64,000 nt of DNA from the human T2T-CHM13v2.0 reference genome, Homo sapiens. The notes under the pieces are model-generated. The model was given only the letters and a program-made list of their open reading frames with translations, was not told where the DNA came from and searched no databases. Position 1 is the stretch's first letter; the number at the start of each line of letters is the position of its first letter. Below, one piece after another: positions 27,192-41,599 of the stretch. The position numbers were made by a program, and so were the translations under genes. The stretch lies in assembly GCF_009914755.1 (NCBI RefSeq), contig NC_060940.1, one strand, 5' to 3'.

Positions 27192-27593
27192 ACTATCACA
27201 AACTTTCTGAACTCCCCTGAGCTCACCATTTTCTTCCTCACCTCCTTGACTTCACAAATGTTGTTCCATCTGCCTGGAATCTTCCTTCTTGCCCTAGTTC
27301 ACCTGGAAAACTCCTATTCATCTTTAAAGATCTAGTTAAAATGTGGACTCCTCTCCAACATCTTCCCTGAACCCCACCCATCCTCAACAGACATCTCTCC
27401 TCTGGGGTTTCATAGCTAGTAACACCTTATATCTTCCTCCATGACTGCAGGAAGCAATAAGTAGAAGCCAGGAGCCTCGCGGAGACTGTCAGGGCAGCCA
27501 GCTGAGAGGGGATGAGGTCTTCAGCCAGGTTGGAGAGCAGGGAGAAGTGCTGAGATTCTAAGACATTTTGAAGGTAGAGCAAACAGGATTTAC

Positions 27594-27689
27594 TAATTGA
27601 TCTTTGTCTTTCTTTGCTGTTTTAAAGAAGAGAATGGACCTTCAAATATTCAACAAGCTCCAACATGCAGAATTCTTTCTGTCCTTGCT
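27594..27689 (-). pseudogene. Candidate pseudo-exon, phase 0 start: SKDRKNSACWSLLNI*RSILFFKTAKKDKDQL; 3' end uncertain
   Basis: Acceptor cttcccctccctcccccattccaaag; phase fits the 28984 donor; 3' end abuts L2 sequence and does not match the phase of the 25276 exon. Confidence 0.45.
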
Positions 27690-27887
27690 CTTTGGAATGG
27701 GGGAGGGAGGGGAAGCATATTGAAAGATTCCCACCCTACCCTCTACTTCCAACCAACGCGCTCTCTCCAGGGTTCAATTTCTTGGCTGTTCCCTCTGTGT
27801 CCCTGTAATTCTTCCAATAAACCAAGAATATAAAGTTTGTTTTCACATAGAGTGTGTGTATTATATATGTGTGTATATATACACACG

Positions 27888-28171
27888 TATGCCTGTAACC
27901 CCAGTGCTTTTGGAGGCCAGGGCAGAAGGATTGCTTGAGGCCAGGAGTTTAAGACCAGTCTGGGCAACAAGATGAGACCCCCGTCTCTATAAAAAAATTA
28001 AAAAAATTATCTGGGAGTGGTGGTGTGAGCCTTTAGCCCCAGCTACTTGGGTGGCTGAGGCAGGAGTACCACTCAAGCCCAGGAATTTAAGGCTGCAGTG
28101 AGCTATGATTGTACCACGCTACTCCAGCTGGGACAACAGAGCAGGACCTTGTCTCTTAAAAAAGAAAAAAA
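27888..28171 (+). mobile_element. AluJ
   Basis: Diverged Alu. Confidence 0.85.
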
Positions 28172-28464
28172 GATATCTATGGAGCGACTACAGTGTGTCA
28201 GGTGCTGCTCTATGCACTGGACTACAGCCTGTTGGCCTGGCTGGTCTTGAACTCCTGACCACAAGTGATCCGCCTGCCTCGGCCCCTCAGAGCCCTGATA
28301 TTAAAGCGCTGATATTACAGGCGTGAGCCACCGTGCCTGGCCTGCTTTTCCATTCAGGTAGTTATGTGGTCATATTTGTATGCAGTTTTAGATTTGTTTT
28401 TTTTCATTAAAAATTTTGTCAAGAACATTGACTTAAAACGATTGGAATACTAAAAAGCATAATT

Positions 28465-28700
28465 TTTATTTTTATGTATTTTATTTTATTTTGTAAGCTC
28501 TGGGGTACATGTGCAGGATGTGCAGGTTTGTTACATAGGTCAACGTGTGCAGTTGTGGTTTCCTGCACCTGCCAACCCATCATCTAGATATTAAGCCCAG
28601 CATACATAAGCTCTTTCTCCTAATGCTCTCCCCTGCCTCCACCCTCCCTCGACAGGTCCTAGTGTATGTTGTTCCCCTCCCTGTGTCCATGTGTTCTCAT
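28465..28700 (-). mobile_element. L1PA 3' end fragment
   Basis: gtacatgtgcaggatgtgcaggtttgttacatagg. Confidence 0.8.
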
Positions 28701-28983
28701 AAATACATGATTTTTAATCATTATCTAATATTTTACTAGGTAAATGAACCGATATTGTAATTAATACTATCATTTCCTTATTGTTGGATGTTCTGGTTGT
28801 CTTTAATATTGTACCCTTATAAATAATGCAGCCATAAAATCCTTCATCACAGCAATCTTGGTCTTATCTCTGAATATTTTATTAGGACAAATTCCTGGGA
28901 GTGAGGTGACTGACACAAAGCAAATGAATTTTTCTTTCATAATGCCTGAAGGCTCGAATATATGGAAGAGAAGTTATTGATAC

Positions 28984-29180
28984 CTTCGCATGAGGATATT
29001 TGATTTGTTCAACCAGTTGTTAACAGATGACTTGCTGTTGAGGTCATGATTCCATAATTTTGGAATTATTATCCAGCTGGTGGCAATTCCTCGGATTGTA
29101 ATCAGAATACTTTGGAGGTAACATAGAGCATCTTGTATTATGTGTTGGACTTAAAGTCTTAAGAAATGCCCAATTTACAG
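28984..29180 (-). pseudogene. Pseudo-exon, 197 nt, phase 1-0: (A)VNWAFLKTLSPTHNTRCSMLPPKYSDYNPRNCHQLDNNSKIMES*PQQQVIC*QLVEQIKYPHAK
   Basis: Acceptor cttgtatgtcttttag; donor aag|gtatca; unique island between L1 fragments. Confidence 0.7.
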
Positions 29181-29397
29181 CTAAAAGACATACAAGTAGA
29201 ATCAACGTAAAAATATATAGAAGAGACTTAAGAGCATTGTGTGGACCTTACTTGTATCTGACCCAACAAACAATTGCTAATAATAATAATGTATTACATT
29301 TATAGGACAATTAGAAATTTTAAAAGGGGCTGGATTTTGATAATATTAAGGCCTTCTTGTTGACTTTTTATATGTGATGTTGAAAGATGAATCCTTA

Positions 29398-29846
<449 letters not shown>

Positions 29847-29857
29847 TTATTTATACC

Positions 29858-30078
29858 AGAGGTCGGCAAACCATGGCTGAATGGCTAGATCTAGCCCTCT
29901 GCCTGTTTTCGTAAATAAAGTTGTATCAGAATACAGCCATGCCTATTTGTTTGCAGATTTTCTCTGGCTGGTTTTGCGCTACAATAGAGTGGAATTGTTG
30001 CAACAGAAACCATCTGGCCCACAAAGCCTGAAATATTTCGTATCTGGCCCCTTACAGAAAGAATTTGCCAATCCTTGA
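29858..30078. mobile_element. MER58A
   Basis: cagaggtcggcaaac...gtaaataaagtt...tttgccaatcc. Confidence 0.75.
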
Positions 30079-30278
30079 CTTATGCTATCCTACCTACTTC
30101 TGTTTATGTTCAAAATCACTCATAATACAATATTTTAAAAAGAATTAACATAAAAAAGATTATGGTCCCTACAACTACTACCATAGAGTACTGTTCGTCT
30201 ACAAACACTATCGCAAACATATTAAACCACAGCTGAAATGTCTGTGGGGTTATTCTTTTAATAAACATTTATTATTCT

Positions 30279-30570
<292 letters not shown>

Positions 30571-30872
30571 AAAATTTATTATTCTATAAAGGTGATAGAT
30601 ACATGCATGGTACAAGATTCTTAAAGCATGCTCTGGAAAGTAAGCCTCTGTCTTGCCCCTGACTCTCATCTATGTAGTTTCCTTCCCTGGAGGTTCTTTT
30701 TTTATTCTTCCAGGGATAATCTCTGCATGGACAAACATAATATAAATGTCTAATAGCTTTTATTAGACATGCCTGAAGACAGGCATGTCCTGTCTTCAAT
30801 AGATATCTTTAATAAATTCAAAAATAATATATTAAGTGGAAAAAACATTACAATACAATACAAATAATGCAG

Positions 30873-30916
<44 letters not shown>

Positions 30917-31791
30917 GTAAATGGAAAAGAGATTGAAATCATACATAACAAAAGTTGACACTGGCTGCCTCCACATGGTAGAATAAAGAGTGAACGAGTG
31001 GCTTAATTTTCTCTCATTGTTTATTCTCTTATTGTTTACCTATATTTCTTAAATCAGCAATAACGAACGGGCACTACTTTCATACCAGAGTGCCTGGTAA
31101 GTTGTTTCTTAGGATGTTTCTGTAAGAGAATCTGAGTTTGTTACTCTGGCCAGGTAGACACAAAAAGACTTATAGGGAAGAACCACTTAGCCTCTTCCCC
31201 AAAGTCCTAGGTGGGCAGGTTTCAGGCTCACAGGCGCCCAATATCCTCTGGGGGAAATAATGGGACCCCTGTGACCTGGCAGGTGCTGCCCCTTCTGATA
31301 TCCTTGACCTGGCAAGGGTACTAGAAGGACATGGGGAGGACAGGGGCAAATTTGTCAAGAGGACCAGAAGCATTTTGGGAAGAGAGAAATGAAGAGCAAT
31401 CCTTCCTCTGGTGATGATGATGATAATGGTGGTGGTGATGCTAGTACCTCCAGGATGCATTGGGATTGTGAGTCTTGGGAAACGGACACCAAGGCTACAA
31501 AGCAAGGAATCATGTCACCATGAGGACCGCTGAACCAGTGGCAGAGCCTCAACACCAGGCCCCAGGGTTAAGTGAAGAAAGGCTGGTTAGACCAGCACTG
31601 GAAATCATCACTGAACAGAAGGCAGAGGCTAGAGTGATGGAGGGGGCCCACACTGCAGGCAGGCAGGATACTCAGAAGCCAACAAAAGCTGTTCCAAGCC
31701 ACCAGGTGAGCTAGTTTCCAAATCATTAATTCTCTCTTCGCCTGTATTTGAAAGTCAAAGTATCCCCTTTGATCAGAGCTTAAAGTCTTAC

Positions 31792-31835
31792 CCTGGGGTT
31801 CACGTTCACGTATAATCTTCAGAGAGGTCGGAGCT
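31792..31835 (-). pseudogene. Pseudo-exon, 44 nt, phase 2-1, open: (E)APTSLKIIREREPQ
   Basis: Acceptor tcctccctcttcag; donor agg|gtaaga; phase fits both neighbours. Confidence 0.75.
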
Positions 31836-32010
31836 CTGAAGAGGGAGGATATTGGACTCGTTGTTAACATAAGTATGAGGGGTAGCTAATTACAAAAATT
31901 AAAATATTAGGGATATCTTTTACCCCAAGCTGGAGAAACAATTCATTCTCTATTTTATTCCAATCTGGAGAAGTAACTTGTTCTGTTCATGCATTTTAAG
32001 TAAATAAACA

Positions 32011-32312
32011 GGCCGGGCACAGTAACTCATGCCTGTAATTCCAGCACTTTGGGAGGCCGAGGCAGGAGGATCACTTGAGGCCATGTGTTCAAGATGATCC
32101 TAGGCAACATAGCAGGACCCCATCTCTACAAAAAAACACAAAAAATTAGCCAGATATGGAGATGCACACCTGTAGTCCCAGCTACCCAGGAAGCTGAGGA
32201 GGAAAGATCACTTGAGCCCAGGAGGTCAAGGCTGTGTGATTGTGCCACTGGCACTCCAGCCTGGATGACAAAGCAAGACCCTGTCTCCAAAATAGATAAA
32301 TATAAATAAATA
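32011..32312 (+). mobile_element. AluJ
   Basis: Diverged Alu. Confidence 0.85.
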
Positions 32313-32635
32313 AATATTAGATACAAGAGATAAATACATCAATAGATTAGTACATAAATTTAAAACTAAACAAGCAAGTAAAGTCTCAAAGAGAAACAAA
32401 CAAAAAAAAAATCCCTGCCCTCCATGTCTCTGAAGCGTTGCACGCAGGCTTTGATTGATGTAAGTTTTTGATTTTCAGAATGTTATATGCTTGAGTTCAT
32501 GTCATGAAAAAAAGGTCTGCATTCATCCCTCAGTGAGAGACGAATCTCTATTCTCCTGCTGATACATCCATCAGCATCCTTAATCATCCTCCTTCCGCGG
32601 AGGTTTATCATCCTTCTAGTTATTCTATTACTCAC

Positions 32636-32865
32636 TCTGCTATTAAGAGGGCAAGAACCATTTCATTTTTATGTTGCCTGATCATATCATTCAGCTGGAA
32701 AACATCGTTAAGGAACCGCAGCGTAAAAGCCAGTGTAAACACCACCACCCAACCGTAATCTCTAATGCCATACTAATGGAAGGCCACTGTTTCTGAATGG
32801 GGCCATATTCAATGCCTTAAGATAACTTCGGATACCGTTTTTCTGCAAGGATTTTAACTGCAATC
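32636..32865 (-). pseudogene. Pseudo-exon, 230 nt: (R)IAVKILAEKRYPKLS*GIEYGPIQKQWPSI(fs)YGIRDYGWVVVFTLAFTLRFLNDVFQLNDMIRQHKNEMVLALLIA
   Basis: Acceptor tttcatttaacgtcttcag; donor aga|gtgagt; one stop plus one inferred 1-nt deletion. Confidence 0.7.
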
Positions 32866-33548
32866 CTGAAGACGTTAAATGAAAGCACCAAGCACATGTT
32901 TATGGCCTATTTAACAAAGCTAGCACAGGGCTATGTATAAATACTTATGTAGAAATAGAGCCGAACTGGGACACTTTGGGAGAAAATGATGGAAAGGGGA
33001 CGGTTTTGGAGTTCTGCAAGAAAAGAGGTAACACCCATTATTTGGACTCATGGGAAAAATAGCATTCACTTTGGACTCCAACTGGGAAATTACTCTTCCA
33101 GACAATAGAAAAAATGTTAATTAGCTTAAAATGTAAGGCACATAAAAAGAGGGTCAATATTATTAGTCATCAAAGGAATGCAAATTAAAACCACAATAAG
33201 ATATCACCATGCACTCACTAGAATGGCTAAAATAAAAAGGACTGACCATAATCAGAGCTGGTGGGGGTACAGAGCAGCTGAAACTCATGGAAATGCACAA
33301 TGAGACTGCCATGCTAGAAAAGAGTTTGGCAATTCCCATAAACATTCCCTTACTTTACGATCCAACAATTTCACTCCTAAATACTTCCACAAAAATAAAT
33401 GAAAACATATGTCCACAAAAAGTCTTGTAAAAGAATGCTAATTGCAACTTTATTTATAACGGTTTAAAACTAGGAGCAACTCCAGTGTTCACCAGTACAA
33501 GAATGGATAAATAAGGCACAGTAGATTCATATCATGGAATACCACTAA

Positions 33549-34502
<954 letters not shown>

Positions 34503-35166
34503 GACTGGCCTTCTAATCCATGCAACAGGATAAATCTGACAGACATAAGACTGAGCAAAAGAAGTTCAAGGACATGAAAAACTAATCTATAAGGATAGAA
34601 AGCAGAGCAACAGTTGCCTTTGGAGGGTAGGGCGGCTCAAAGTGGGTATGAGAGATCTTCTAGGGTGATGAAAATGTGCTGTATCTTATAAGGATTTGAG
34701 TGATATAGCTTAAAAGATTTGTTAAAATTTATTAAACTGTACATTTAAATTAGTGCATTTTACTCTTTCTAATTATGCATCAATAAAAATTTGCAAAGGT
34801 GCAAGCCCCAAGTTTGCTAAGAGGCTAAGAGCTGCAGAGATAAGCAAAAGGAAAAACTGAAAACTTTCCTGGGCAAACAGGGGGCATTTTGCAGAGTGAA
34901 TTGGAGGGAAGCCACTTCCCTGGGGATAGAGCTGATAAAGTTCTGCTTGCTAGAAATCTGAATTCTGACAAATTGACAAAGCAAAGACTGAGAATGAAGG
35001 TCCGAAAACAAAACAAACAAGTGCAAAGCACTATCCCAACACAGATCAGGAGATCTAAGGATGGTGGGGAAAGTGCAAATAAGATCAACAGAATGTGTTG
35101 AACACGAAGCAAGCTCTAAGCCAACAAGAGTACACCCTGCTCTCTTAGCCACGTCAGACTGATTAC

Positions 35167-35317
35167 CGCCACGTCTTGGTAATCCTTCTGTACTTCCTCT
35201 CATGATTACTGTAAATATTTGACCTGAACTAATTCTATAGCAAACTCTGTTGAGTTTTCATTCCATCAGGTGGATTCAGGCATTCCCGGCTAATCTTAGT
35301 GTAGTCTTCCTTAAGTC
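35167..35317 (-). pseudogene. Pseudo-exon, 151 nt, phase 1-2: (R)LKEDYTKISRECLNPPDGMKTQQSLL*N*FRSNIYSNHERKYRRITKTW
   Basis: Acceptor tttttatttctgtttaactcag; donor gcg|gtaatc. Confidence 0.65.
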
Positions 35318-35868
35318 CTGAGTTAAACAGAAATAAAAACTGGTAATTATTGGGGATTTAACCAGGTGCTGGATACCAGGCTAAGTACTCAACATGCTTT
35401 GATTCGTTGAATCTTGCCCCACCCATGAAGTAGGCACTGACAACAGAACTCCTGTTTTACAGATGAAGAAGCTGAGGCTTGATGGAATAAAAATGTGCCT
35501 ATAGTTACAGAGGTAGAAAGTGAGAGGTGCGATTCAAACTCAGGCCATGGGACCCCAGAGGTGATGAACTAACCATAGTGCTCTATTGCCCCTTCCAGGT
35601 ATTTTTCAAAGTGAATGGAAGCTACCCAAATATTGTAGAATCAAGGAGACTCTAGAACTCTCATACTACATGTAGACATCAAAGACATAGAGAAAGAAGC
35701 CGTGGCCAGCCAGGACCAAGAAAGCCTACTACCCAGGGGCTCATTTATTCATTCATTTGTTCAACAAACATTTAAGAGCCAACTGTATGTTAGGCGTTGC
35801 TTCCCACTGACAAAACTAGAACTGAGAGCCAAAAGCTATTCTACTACATTTTGGTGGCAACACCTTAC

Positions 35869-35909
35869 TCCAAAATGTACGCATAGACAACAAAGCAGAA
35901 AAACACAAC
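35869..35909 (-). pseudogene. Pseudo-exon, 41 nt, phase 2-1, open: (R)LCFSALLSMRTFW
   Basis: Acceptor attgactttcag; donor gga|gtaagg. Confidence 0.55.
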
Positions 35910-36085
35910 CTGAAAGTCAATATCCCTTTTAGAAGTCTGGAAACACAAATGCAGTGTCAGTGTAGCATAAGCTAAAAATGTGTAGGGTGGCACCCGCAGA
36001 CAGTCTGGTATAGGGCTGAACATCTCATCCCTTCTAAAGAGGCCACCTCTGCTCCCTGAACAGATTCATCAGGCTCTATGATTAC

Positions 36086-36117
36086 CTCGTCATGCAGAAA
36101 TTGTTAATCAATGTTGC
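36086..36117 (-). pseudogene. Candidate micro-exon, 32 nt, phase 0-2, open: ATLINNFCMT
   Basis: Acceptor ttctacatgtgttgcttag; donor gag|gtaatc. Confidence 0.5.
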
Positions 36118-38113
36118 CTAAGCAACACATGTAGAATAATAAGTCAAGACAGACTCCTTAACGACAAAGCTGTGGGAAATTGCTGGCATGTTGGCATTGA
36201 CCGATTGCTGAGACATTGCTCTCCTGGGCTGAAGGGGGATGCAGGAGGGACAACAGGATGCAAAAACTGATACTACAGGATAAGCGGAAGTGATGGGACT
36301 GCACAAAAGGCATGTAGAATAGATGCTGTAGGATGGCAGTGTCACGTACCGAAGCAGTGAGGGTAGGATTATGTTCTGGCTATGCCACCACTAGTGGCGA
36401 GGGTCTCTCATTTGCCCTCTCTGAACTGTTTTTTTACCTGTAAAATGGAGTGAAATAATTCCTGCAATGCCAAACTCACGAAGTTATTGATAAATGTATG
36501 TGAAATTGTCATATAAACTGTGAAAGCACAAAAAGCAAGGTATTGGGATTGGGGGTGTTTTTGTCTGCCCACCCAAAATTCTGACCCAATTAAGAACTAG
36601 GAGATTGGAAGTATCAGAATGCCAACTTCATTAATGGTAGCTGGACCTGGTCCCCTTGCTTGAACCAAGGGTTTCTGCTTCTTCTTGCTTTTGCTTTAAG
36701 CAGGGCAGCTAGAAAACATAGCAGGGGTAACAGAAGGAAAGAAAAGGGGAAAGCATGCTCCACCTGCAGGCAGAGAGGGCAAAGAAGTTGACCATACACA
36801 AGGAGTCATCAAGTCATCTTTCTCAGCACCCAGATAAGCTACTTCTACATCCATGAGGAAGAGCATTTGGGCCAGAGGAAGGCCATTACCTCCCCCATTT
36901 TAGGCCCTCCAAAGGGCCAAAAATGTTGATAAAAATTCCAATTTTTAAATCAAGAGTCAATAGATTGACTGTCCCAATCACTCTTCCCAACTTTTGCCAT
37001 CTCCTACTATAGAGCCTAGAGAAGTCCATGACTTGATTTCCCAGACTCCCTTGCAGCTAGAGATGGTGATGTGACACAACGCAGGCATAAGTTAAAAAAT
37101 TTACAAAGAGCTGGATTTGAGACATGAGATGGCTGGGCTGCAATCACTTGTGATCACAAAGGAAAGGGCATGAGAATTGCAAAGATATCAAGTCGGACCT
37201 TACTGAGTCACTGAACTCACACCAATAACCACTTCCCAGATGTACAACCTTGCAAACTGGCAAACCAAAAGTGCATGATTGATTCTCACCCTTTCTTTCA
37301 CCTTCCTATTCATGTTTATAGTAGTTCAAAAAATAAATGTAAATTTTAAGGGGTTTTCCTACCATTATGGGTTTTCCTACAATTTTTGTAAAAAACAATC
37401 AGACTTAATTTGAACTGTAGGTAGGGTTTTTTTTTCTATCCAACTCTCACCAAAAGCTTTGTGGAATAAAGGAATACTTATGTAGGATTCTTTGAGAGAT
37501 ATTCAGACCATCATTTCTCCGCAATGAGGGGCTCAAACTAGTCTTAGAAACTTCCCCATGAGGACAAAAAGATTCCATCATTAAAGAAATTTGAGGATTG
37601 TTGCCTGTTTCAGTCATCTCTTGCTGTATAACAAATAACGCTACAACCTCTTCCTGTACCTGAAACCTGACCTTCCTCTGGGATTTTTACTTAAGTGAGC
37701 CAAAAACCCAGCTTTTATTTTAGCTTAAGTTGGTTAGACATGGGTTTCTACCCCTCACCATTGTTTACAATTCTTCATGCCCTTCCTGTAATAGAATTAT
37801 ACATTCACACCCATCGACAGGACAGTATCTCACACAAGAGTGGGTAGGGTATATTGCGGAATCCTACTGATACTGGCTTGGCTATATGACCTGCTTTGGC
37901 CAGTGAAATTTGAGTGTAAATGACAACGTGCCAATTCCCAGCAGAGGCTTCCAGAGGCAATAGGTATTTTTGCTCATTATCTTGCACTTCTGCCACTCAC
38001 CACGAGAAAACCAGGACCCAGCTAGTCACTGTTTCAAGGACACGAGACACAAAGAGCAGAACTCAAACCTATTTTTTATCAATTAAAATTACAGCTATTC
38101 TTATGTTCCAGAC

Positions 38114-38135
38114 CTTCTCTTGGTGGACTCGAAAG
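38114..38135 (-). pseudogene. Candidate micro-exon, 22 nt, phase 2-0: FRVHQEK
   Basis: Acceptor ttgtttgtgtag; weak donor aag|gtctgg. Confidence 0.3.
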
Positions 38136-38257
38136 CTACACAAACAATTCAAAAACAACATCTCTGTATGCCCCAGGAAATATCAGCATCTGGTGTCTGA
38201 TTCTGCTAAATCAAGCCTGATCATTTCGTTGCTCATCATCGCAAATAATGTGCTTAC

Positions 38258-38284
38258 AGCTTGGAACATTTGCGCATTAATGAA
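38258..38284 (-). pseudogene. Candidate micro-exon, 27 nt, symmetric
   Basis: Acceptor tattttctaag (overlaps the SVA TSD); donor gct|gtaagc. Confidence 0.35.
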
Positions 38285-38296
38285 CTTAGAAAATAG

Positions 38297-39459
38297 CTCT
38301 CCCCCTCCCCCCTCCCCCTCCCCCTCCCCTTTCTCCTTCTCCGGCTTTCCACGGTCTCCCTCTGTTGCCGAGGCTGGACTGTACTGCCTTGATCTCGGCT
38401 CACTGCAACCTCCCTGCCTGATTCTCCTGCCTCAGCCTGCCGAGTGCCTGGGATTGCAGGCGTGCGCCGCCACGCCTGACTGGTTTTTGTATTTTTGGTG
38501 GAGACGGGGTTTCACCATGTTGGCCGGGCTGGTCTCCAGCTCCTGACCTCCAGTGATCTGCCTGCCTCGGCCTCCCGAGGTGCCGGGATTGCAGACGGAG
38601 TCTCGCTCACTCAGTGCTCCATGTTGCCCAGGCTGGAGTGCAGTGGCATGATCTCGGCTCGCTACAACCTCCACCTCCCAGCCGCCTGCCTTAGCCTCCC
38701 AAAGTGCTGAGATTGCAGCCTCTGCCCAGCCACCACCCCGTCTAGGAAGTGAGGAGCACCTCTGCCCGGCCGCCCCGTCTGGGAGGTGAGGAGCATCTCT
38801 GCCTGGCTGTCCCGTCTGGGAAGTGAGGAGTGCCTCTGCCCGGCTGCCCCGACTGGGAAGAGAGGAGCGCCTTTGCCCGACCGTGACCCCATCTGGGAAC
38901 TGAGGAGCGCCTCCACCCAGCAGCCACCCCGTCTGGGAGGTGTACCCAACAGCTCATTGAGAACCGGCCATGATGACGATGGCGGTTTTGTCTAATAGAA
39001 AAGAGGGAAATGTGGGGAAAAGAAAGAGATCAGATTGTTACTGTGTCTGTGTAGAAAGAAGTAGACATAGGAGACTCCATTTTGTTCTGTACTAAGAAAA
39101 ATTCTTCTGCCTTGGGATGCTGTTAATCTGTAACCTTACCCCCAACCCCGTGCTCTCTGAAACATGTGCAATGTCAACTCAGGGTTAAATGGATTAAGGG
39201 TGGTGCAAGATGTGCTTTGTTAAACAGATGCTTGAAGGCAGCATGCTCGTTAAGAGTCATCACCGCTCCCTAATCTCAAGTACCCAGGGACACAAACTCT
39301 GCGGAAGGCCGCAGGGTCCTCTGCCTAGGAAAACCAGAGACCTTTGTTCATGTGTTTATCTGCTGACCTTCTCTCCACTATTGTCCTATGACCCTGCCAA
39401 ATCCCCCTCTCCGAGAAACACCCAAGAATGATCAATAAATACTAAAAAGGAAAAAAAAA
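38297..39459 (+). mobile_element. SVA (SVA_A-like), full domain order, short VNTR
   Basis: C-rich hexamer head, Alu-like domain, VNTR units (ccgtctgggaggtgaggagc), SINE-R (tgtggggaaaagaaagagatcagattg), aataaa and poly-A; TSD agaaaata. Confidence 0.92.
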
Positions 39460-39469
39460 AGAAAATATG

Positions 39470-39960
39470 TATTAACCACCCACTATGTACCAGGCAATAT
39501 TCTAGGCACAGGAGATATAGGAGAGAGTAAGGCCTGAGCAGCCCTTACCCTCATAGAGCTAACATTCCAGTGTGTGTAGAAAGGAGGTAGGAAAGCAACA
39601 ACAAACATATGAACAAATCGATATAAAATATGTCAGCTAGTGATAAAGACTATACAGAAAAAATGAACAGCAGAAGAGAATAGAGAGTGGTTGATAAGCC
39701 AGGGAATGATAACTTAAGGTGGTCATGGAAGTCCTCAATTCTGATGAGCAGCCATTTGGGCAAAGATTTACAAGAAGCCAAGGAGACAGCCATGTGACTA
39801 TGAAGAGAAGAGCATTCCAGGCAGAAGGAGCAGCCAGTGAAAAGGCTTAAGGAAAACCAAGGTCTTAGGATTGGAGTGAAGAGAGATGGAGGAAAATAAC
39901 AGGAAGGTGGAGACAGGAGGTGGACCTTGTAGGCCTGGAAAGCCATGGTAAGAACTTAAA
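39470..39960 (-). mobile_element. L2 fragment
   Basis: cactatgtaccaggcaatattctaggc...gagaagagcattccaggcagaagg. Confidence 0.7.
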
Positions 39961-40009
39961 TTGAAAATACTGACCACTTGGATATATGCCTTTAAAAGAT
40001 AGAAGATGC

Positions 40010-40528
<519 letters not shown>

Positions 40529-41367
40529 TTAAACACATGTAATGTTTAGTGAGTGTCAATCTGCATTTCTAGAAATCAAGATCCACTCTACATTCCAAAT
40601 CAACAGTAAGGCAAGAGAAGAAGAGGTGTGTATTTAAACTTCTCTAACCTGTCCTCAGTTCAAGATGAAATTAATGCATGGTTTCACATGTGGAACGTGG
40701 AGATCATATAAACAGTCCATTAAATTGAATCACACACATAAGAACCAGTTTTCTATTCTACCTAGCAGATTAAAAATCCAACTTTTAATTTCCAAATGGC
40801 CTATGCAATCATCTCAATTATCCTATTCAACTGCAGAGGTAATTTAAACTGTGGATTGCTGCCCCATCAAACTGTCTATTTATAATATGTAATTCCGGCT
40901 TAGATTCCAAGGATAAATATTATCCTCCCAAAAAATTCAAGTTCAAGGTAATTCACAAATAATAGTTTGAAAAGGAAATAAACTGTGTGCAGACAATATG
41001 ATTGAACAACCAGGAAAACCAAGATAATTAGCTTAGGAAATACTAGAATACGAGTTCTGTAAGATGGCTAAATATAAGATAAATACACAGAAATCAATAG
41101 CTACTTCATAAACCAACAAAATAAAAAGATCCCACTCACAAAAATACATATATGTATGAGTGTGTAGATGTGTGTGTCCAGGAGTGATTTTTACAGTCTG
41201 GTTTTTATATGAAGATACTACAAAACTACTGTTTAACACACTTGAAAAAAATGACATATAAATATGCACAAAAAAAATATTAGCTTTGCGTATAAGGCTT
41301 ATGATGTGCCTGACACTGGATTAAGTATTTTGCAGGTATTTCCCCCAAAAATTTTCCAAAACCCTGT

Positions 41368-41576
<209 letters not shown>

Positions 41577-41599
41577 TAATAATCTATGTGGCAAGCTCT

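Noticed and set aside
27597-27833. Plus-strand acceptor-like tracts (also near 16966)
   Set aside because: Isolated, with no consistent plus-strand chain; better explained as the complement of purine-rich minus-strand exons.
37920-38546. Longest ORF (208 aa)
   Set aside because: Chimeric read-through of MLT1, unique sequence and the SVA head; likely chance.
40649-40761. 113-nt AG/GT-bounded minus-strand segment (RIENWFLCV*FNLMDCLYDLHVPHVKPCINFILN*GQ)
   Set aside because: Possibly another exon, but its phases do not fit my preferred frame for the neighbours, so it is left uncalled.
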